A DNA stretch of 64,000 nt, taken from contig OX597816.1 in the NCBI GenBank assembly GCA_951406725.2, forward strand, positions 12,214,001-12,278,000. The letters run 5' to 3'. The position numbers were made by a program, and so were the translations under genes. Position 1 is the stretch's first letter, and each line of letters starts with the position of its first letter. Of this stretch, positions 62,967 to 64,000 are shown in pieces. A model generated the notes under the pieces. That model worked only from the letters and a program-made list of their open reading frames with translations, made no database searches and was not told the DNA's origin. This stretch comes from Octopus vulgaris (lineage: Eukaryota).

Positions 62967-63744
62967 CCCTTTAGCATTCAGATTATTCTCGCAAATCTAA
63001 TGCCTGAATATTCACAGTATTTTGAATTACCCAAAGACAGTGAGATGGCAGAATCGTTAGCACACCAGGTGAAATGTTTAGCGGTATATCGTCTACCATT
63101 ACTTTCCGAGTTCAAATTCTGCTGAAGTCGACTTTGCCTTTCATGTTTTCAGGGTCGATGAAATAAGTACCAGTTATGAACTGGGGTCGATGTAATCCAT
63201 TATCCCCCCTCCCTAAATTTCAGGCCTCATGCCTATAGTAATTTTGAATCACTCATGCATTGTCTCATAGCTTTACAATTTCAATGATGTCATCATCATC
63301 ATCATCATTGTTTAACGTCCATTTTCCATGCTGGCATGGGTTGGATGGTTCGACTGGGATTGGGAAGCCAGGAGGCTGCACCAGGCTCCAGTCTGATCTG
63401 GCAGTGTTTCTACAGCTGGATGCCCTTCCTTACACCAACCACTCCGTGAGTGTAGTGGATGTTTTTTACATGCTACCGGCACAGGTGCCAGGGGAGGCTG
63501 GCAACAGCCATGATTGGTTGGTGCTTTTTACGTACCACTGGCATGGAAGCCAGTCAAGGCAGCGCTGGCATTGGCACAAGTATCACAACTACAATTTCCA
63601 TTTGTTTTTTATTTTGATATTGATGTGATTGTTTATTTTTAGAATGACATTGTAACGTAGGTATGAGAGGCTGGATCTGACTGTTTTGAACATAAAACAG
63701 GGGCAACATTTTGGTGAGACATGTCCTGTCGAAATCCTAAAGGG
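62967..63744. mobile_element. piggyBac-type MITE with nested SINE B (63030..63240) and SINE C (63290..63620)
   Basis: TTAA-ccctttagcatt ... aatcctaaaggg-TTAA; attttgaat duplicated around the SINE B. Confidence 0.85.
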
Positions 63745-64000
63745 TTAAATCTTAAAATCTTCGTCTGTTCGTCCTTAATGAAAGAATTGCATTCCACTTT
63801 AGAATGATCCAAAAATATTTTACAATCACATAAAATCCATTTGAAATTTATAGGAAAGCCGTGTTTCAAAGACTTGACAAATTAGTAAATTATAATTCAA
63901 ATCTTTAAAGAAAAAAGAATCAGTTATTTTCTTTTTCTTAGAGTTTGTATTTTTGAATATGTTTTTTCATTGCTGTTGTTGTTTAAATATTGTGTCTGCT

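Noticed and set aside
1-64000. Prokaryotic or viral system (defence island, CRISPR, retron, operon)
   Set aside because: No gene-dense region; the RT fragments are ordinary non-LTR retrotransposon types.

Overview
Eukaryotic, AT-rich, microsatellite-dense, mostly intronic or intergenic DNA. The repeat families look like those I recall from Octopus (inference, no database check). There is no intact protein-coding gene, and almost all listed ORFs are microsatellite or SINE artefacts. Recognisable content: a young, 5'-truncated Tx1/L1-type LINE (RT C-half plus CCHC knuckle, with the catalytic YADD mutated to a stop); RTE LINE fragments; Tc1, mariner, maT and Tigger transposase fossils; several MITEs (Tc1/mariner, hAT, piggyBac type); dozens of SINE copies (called families A-E here); a 39-bp minisatellite; and a few weak minus-strand exon candidates. 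The most notable signal is a set of at least 7 unrelated short element families carrying type-I hammerhead-ribozyme motifs (CUGANGA...GAAA-palindrome-UH, Penelope-like), mostly as fold-back inverted repeats. One family, with two copies, joins a tRNA-derived Pol III head and an (AAT)n linker to the hammerhead, making it a candidate Penelope-mobilised ribozyme SINE. Also notable: SINE-B appears to swap 3' tails (one resembles the Tx1 LINE end), and it forms head-to-tail arrays with a recurrent identical junction. Coordinates of repeat copies are approximate to a few bases unless junctions are quoted.
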